A DNA stretch of 64,000 nt from Nitrosopumilus sp. (GTDB taxonomy: Archaea; Thermoproteota; Nitrososphaeria; Nitrososphaerales; Nitrosopumilaceae), in assembly GCA_965219345.1 (NCBI GenBank), contig OZ244732.1, forward strand, positions 608,001 through 672,000, written 5' to 3'. This document shows, piece by piece, positions 60,858-64,000 of this stretch. The stretch's first letter is position 1; each line of letters opens with the position of its first letter. Made by a program: the position numbers and the translations under genes. The notes under the pieces are model-generated. The model was not told the DNA's origin, ran no database searches, and saw only the letters and a list, made by a program, of their open reading frames with translations.

Positions 60858-61232
60858 ATGCCAGGTGATGAAATTGAAGTTCCAAAGGAATTACGAGAAT
60901 TCATGCTAGAGAAAGCAGAAGAAACTTTGCTTGGACAAAAAAATGGCGCACACAAACAATTTCGTTATGGCAATTTACACATTAGAGAATATGATGATAA
61001 ATTTCTAGTTCATACAGACAAAGTTGATCCTAGAGAAAATCCACTTGGACATCTGATTCATGATGCACCTGAAGTTCTAGTTGGTCTTGCATGCGCCGTA
61101 TTAGGTGGTGTAAAGGTAAGCTCAGCTCTAAAGCAAAAAAAATCTCCAGTTGCAGGAATCATAAGTTCTTTAGTTTTAGGTTATGTAGGATATATAATTA
61201 CAAAAAAGCTCAAAGACTTGAAGGTGAAATAA
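60858..61232 (+). CDS. Hypothetical membrane protein
   Basis: LHIREY...HTDKVDP...HLIHDAPE followed by 2 TM segments. Confidence 0.8.
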   Translation: MPGDEIEVPKELREFMLEKAEETLLGQKNGAHKQFRYGNLHIREYDDKFLVHTDKVDPRENPLGHLIHDAPEVLVGLACAVLGGVKVSSALKQKKSPVAGIISSLVLGYVGYIITKKLKDLKVK

Positions 61233-61236
61233 TATC

Positions 61237-62781
61237 TTAACTATTCATACAATCCATGTTATCATCAAGCTTTTACCATCTCTAATAACTCTAAAAAAAC
61301 ACCGAAAAGAATGGGTACAAAAAGAAGGAAAAAACATTGATCAAGAAAAGTACCGCAAAAATGCAAGACGCGTTCTAAAAGTCTGCATCGAGCTAGGACC
61401 TGTTTACATCAAGCTAGGACAATGGCTTTCATCTCGTGCAGATATCTTACCACAACCATACATGGAGGAGCTTGCAAAGCTGCAAGATGATGTTCCAGCA
61501 GTACCATTTGATAAAGTCAAACCAACTATAGAAAAAGACATTGGAGATATTAATGAAAAGTTTGATGAGCTTGAAACAAAAGAACTATCTGGAGCTTCAC
61601 TAGGTATAGTATATCGAGGAAAAATAAACGGACAACAAGTTGTAGTCAAAGTAAAGCGTCCGGGAATTGAAAAGATGGTTGATGATGAACTACAAGTTCT
61701 AAAAAAAATTCTGCCAATTGGGATGCGCTTTGTTGATCCTAATTTACGATTCTCAGTTGATGCAATGCTTGCACAATTTATCGAAACTATTCATGAAGAA
61801 ATGAATTACATGAAAGAGTCCCAAAATCTAAAAACAATTTCAAAAAATGTCAAAGAATACAAAAATGTCATAGTGCCCAAAGCGTATGATGAGTATACTT
61901 CAAAAAATATAATTACAATGGAGTATATTCCAGGCATCAAAATTACAGATATTGAAGCACTTGATGAATTGGGACTAGATAGACAAAAGCTAGTCATCGA
62001 TGTACACAAGGTCTTTTTCACAATGCTACTTAGGCATGCAATATTTCATGCAGATCCACACCCAGGTAACATATCTGTTGACAAGGATGGCCAGATAATT
62101 CTGTATGACTATGGAATGGTTGGTAGAATAGACAATGAAACAAGATTGCGATTAATCCGATTATACTTGGCACTAGTTGAAAAAGATCCATCTAGAACCG
62201 TAACAGCAATGAGTGATCTTGGAATGCTAATGCCTGACTATAACAAAACAGTAATTGAAAAAGCAGTACGGATGACAGTGCAAGCAATGCATGGAAGAAA
62301 ACCAGAAGAGATGGAAGTCAAAGCGTTAATGGAGCTTGCAAACAAGACAATGAGCAAGTTTCCATTTATGTTGCCCAAAAATCTGGCACTGTATATGAGA
62401 ATGTCTTCAATTATAGAGGGAATCTATCACACACACAAAGTCAATTTCAAGTTTGTTAAAGTTCTAAAACAGATTCTAGAAGAAGAACACCTAATCAAAG
62501 ACGCATACATCGAAGAAATAAAACATTCTTTTACAAAATTTGCAAAATCAATTGAAGATACTATCACAATAGCTCCTGAGATAAAGCGATTCATGGATGA
62601 GAATCGGGTGTATATGCAAATGCAAAGACCAAAGTCTAATGTTCTTTTAGCAGGAAGTATTTTGTCTTCTGCATTCTTTATTGGAGGTGCACTGGTTTAT
62701 CCAGCAAATGAAACAGCTGGTATTACTGGAATGATTGGCGCTCTAGTTGTTATGGCAATATTTGCAAAATTTAGAAAGTAG
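61237..62781 (+). CDS. ABC1/UbiB/AarF atypical kinase; no canonical start codon before the conserved N-terminus
   Basis: LGPVYIKLGQWLSSRADILP lies upstream of the first ATG (61462); ASLG, VVVKVKRP, FHADPHPGN, DYG. Confidence 0.88.
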   Translation, partial: LTIHTIHVIIKLLPSLITLKKHRKEWVQKEGKNIDQEKYRKNARRVLKVCIELGPVYIKLGQWLSSRADILPQPYMEELAKLQDDVPAVPFDKVKPTIEKDIGDINEKFDELETKELSGASLGIVYRGKINGQQVVVKVKRPGIEKMVDDELQVLKKILPIGMRFVDPNLRFSVDAMLAQFIETIHEEMNYMKESQNLKTISKNVKEYKNVIVPKAYDEYTSKNIITMEYIPGIKITDIEALDELGLDRQKLVIDVHKVFFTMLLRHAIFHADPHPGNISVDKDGQIILYDYGMVGRIDNETRLRLIRLYLALVEKDPSRTVTAMSDLGMLMPDYNKTVIEKAVRMTVQAMHGRKPEEMEVKALMELANKTMSKFPFMLPKNLALYMRMSSIIEGIYHTHKVNFKFVKVLKQILEEEHLIKDAYIEEIKHSFTKFAKSIEDTITIAPEIKRFMDENRVYMQMQRPKSNVLLAGSILSSAFFIGGALVYPANETAGITGMIGALVVMAIFAKFRK

Positions 62782-62783
62782 AA

Positions 62784-63155
62784 TTATTGGATCGGAATAT
62801 TTTTTTCAGTTTTCTTAATTGGAATGGTAATTGTTAGAACGCCCTCAGCATATTTAGCAGAATCAACCTGCTCTTCACCTTCTTTAATTCTAATTGGAAG
62901 TTGAATTTTTTTATCAATAATGTTTGGTCGTTGTTTCCAGATTACAGTACCAGCAACCTCATCTTTTTTTGCATTAATTGAGAGAACATTTCTATGAATC
63001 GATAGTTTGATATCTTTTTTTGAAAATCCTGGAATGTCAATTTTAATTATTAGATTGTCGTTTTTTTCGATCATGTCAACTGGTGGCAATACAAACTCAT
63101 AGAATTCTCTTGATTTGTTTCCAATCTCTTTTATTACTTCTTTGACAAGTCCCAT
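62784..63155 (-). CDS. Small heat shock protein (Hsp20)
   Basis: PPVDM..IDIPG..AKYAEGVLTITIP. Confidence 0.93.
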   Translation of the reverse strand: MGLVKEVIKEIGNKSREFYEFVLPPVDMIEKNDNLIIKIDIPGFSKKDIKLSIHRNVLSINAKKDEVAGTVIWKQRPNIIDKKIQLPIRIKEGEEQVDSAKYAEGVLTITIPIKKTEKNIPIQ

Positions 63156-63256
63156 TTTGTGTTATATACTCAATTTTTGGTTATAAACCTTATAGGTCTC
63201 AACAAAATTTCTTTCACAAACTTTAGAATGAAAATATTTTTAGTGAAACAAAAAGT

Positions 63257-63382
63257 TTAGAATTTCTTAGTACTTCCTTCGAGAATTCCTGAATCTCCAT
63301 GTATTCTATCTATGTGTTTTGAAAGATCTTCTTTATCCTCAAAAATTGATTCACAGTAAGGACATGAGTATGTATCAGCCAT
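63257..63382 (-). CDS. 41-aa C2H2 zinc-finger protein (not in ORF track)
   Basis: MADTYSCPYCESIFEDKEDLSKHIDRIHGDSGILEGSTKKF. Confidence 0.8.
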   Translation of the reverse strand: MADTYSCPYCESIFEDKEDLSKHIDRIHGDSGILEGSTKKF

Positions 63383-63474
63383 AATGATAAATCTACAGAG
63401 TTTCTATTAAATTATTTGCAAATTACCAAACATGATAGATTTTTAATCAATTAATTTCTTTGACATGTTAACTC

Positions 63475-64000
63475 ATGATAATTGTAATTGAAGGTGGAGA
63501 CCAAGCAGGTAAGTTAACACAATCAACTTTATTGGAAAAAGCGCTTAAAAAAAGAAAGATCAAAACAAAAGTATTTCATTTTCCCGACTACAAAACCCCA
63601 ATAGGAAAAGAAATCAGAAAATATTTGGATGGAAAAAGAAAATTTCCTCCCCAAGCAATTCATTGTCTTTTGGCCGCAAATAGATGGGAAAAATTAAATG
63701 AAATTTTAGTAGCTCAAGAAAAAAATTCAATTCTAATTATGAATCGTTATTATCATTCTAATTTGATTTACGGCATAGCAAATGGCATGAAGCAAAAGTG
63801 GCTTGAGAATCTTGATGTTGGCCTTCCAAAAGCTGATCTTGTAATTTTACTTGACGTTACACAAAAAGAATCATTTCATAGACAGAAAACTCATAGAGAC
63901 AAGTTTGAAAAAAATGAAGAATTTTTGAGAAAAATATCTAAAACCTATCGTACAACTGCTAAGAAAAAACATTGGCAGATAATTGATGCATCAAAGTCCA
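63475..64000 (+). CDS. tmk: Thymidylate kinase (runs off window end)
   Basis: MIIVIEGGDQAGK, FPDY, AANRWE, NRYYHS, LPKADLVILLD. Confidence 0.95.
   Translation, partial: MIIVIEGGDQAGKLTQSTLLEKALKKRKIKTKVFHFPDYKTPIGKEIRKYLDGKRKFPPQAIHCLLAANRWEKLNEILVAQEKNSILIMNRYYHSNLIYGIANGMKQKWLENLDVGLPKADLVILLDVTQKESFHRQKTHRDKFEKNEEFLRKISKTYRTTAKKKHWQIIDASKS

Noticed and set aside
307-62021. Numerous short antisense or overlapping ORFs in the track (e.g. 307-498, 11688-12095, 30865-31380, 51420-51857, 58486-58926)
   Set aside because: They lie within well-supported genes on another strand or frame and lack motifs

Overview
AT-rich archaeal chromosome segment, most likely a Nitrosopumilus-like marine thaumarchaeon (Nitrosopumilaceae). 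Evidence: Rpo11-TFS-PCNA, proteasome beta-aCPSF1/FttA, EgsA, the archaeal pantoate kinase/phosphopantothenate synthetase CoA operon, a PEF-CTERM-type protein and an intron-containing tRNA-Arg(CCT). Housekeeping blocks are interrupted by three accessory regions. (1) ~9.6-14.8 kb is a decayed integrative element carrying an intact DprA/SLOG + PRTase pair, a TPR-PRTase, a PIN-like gene and a divergent regulator/RHH switch. (2) ~23.65-24.5 kb is a small eroded patch with a G14 run. (3) ~34.6-42.6 kb is a mosaic island. It holds a signal-peptide/TM-anchored HNH nuclease, a HAD hydrolase, nuclease and Zn-finger pseudogenes, an ATP-cone fragment, a GC-rich foreign gene and a tyrosine integrase interrupted by a 36-bp repeat / 36-bp insert / 36-bp repeat resembling an ectopic CRISPR spacer acquisition. 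Several small ORFs missing from the ORF track and two genes lacking a canonical start codon were also found. Product calls rest on motif recognition only; no database searches were run.
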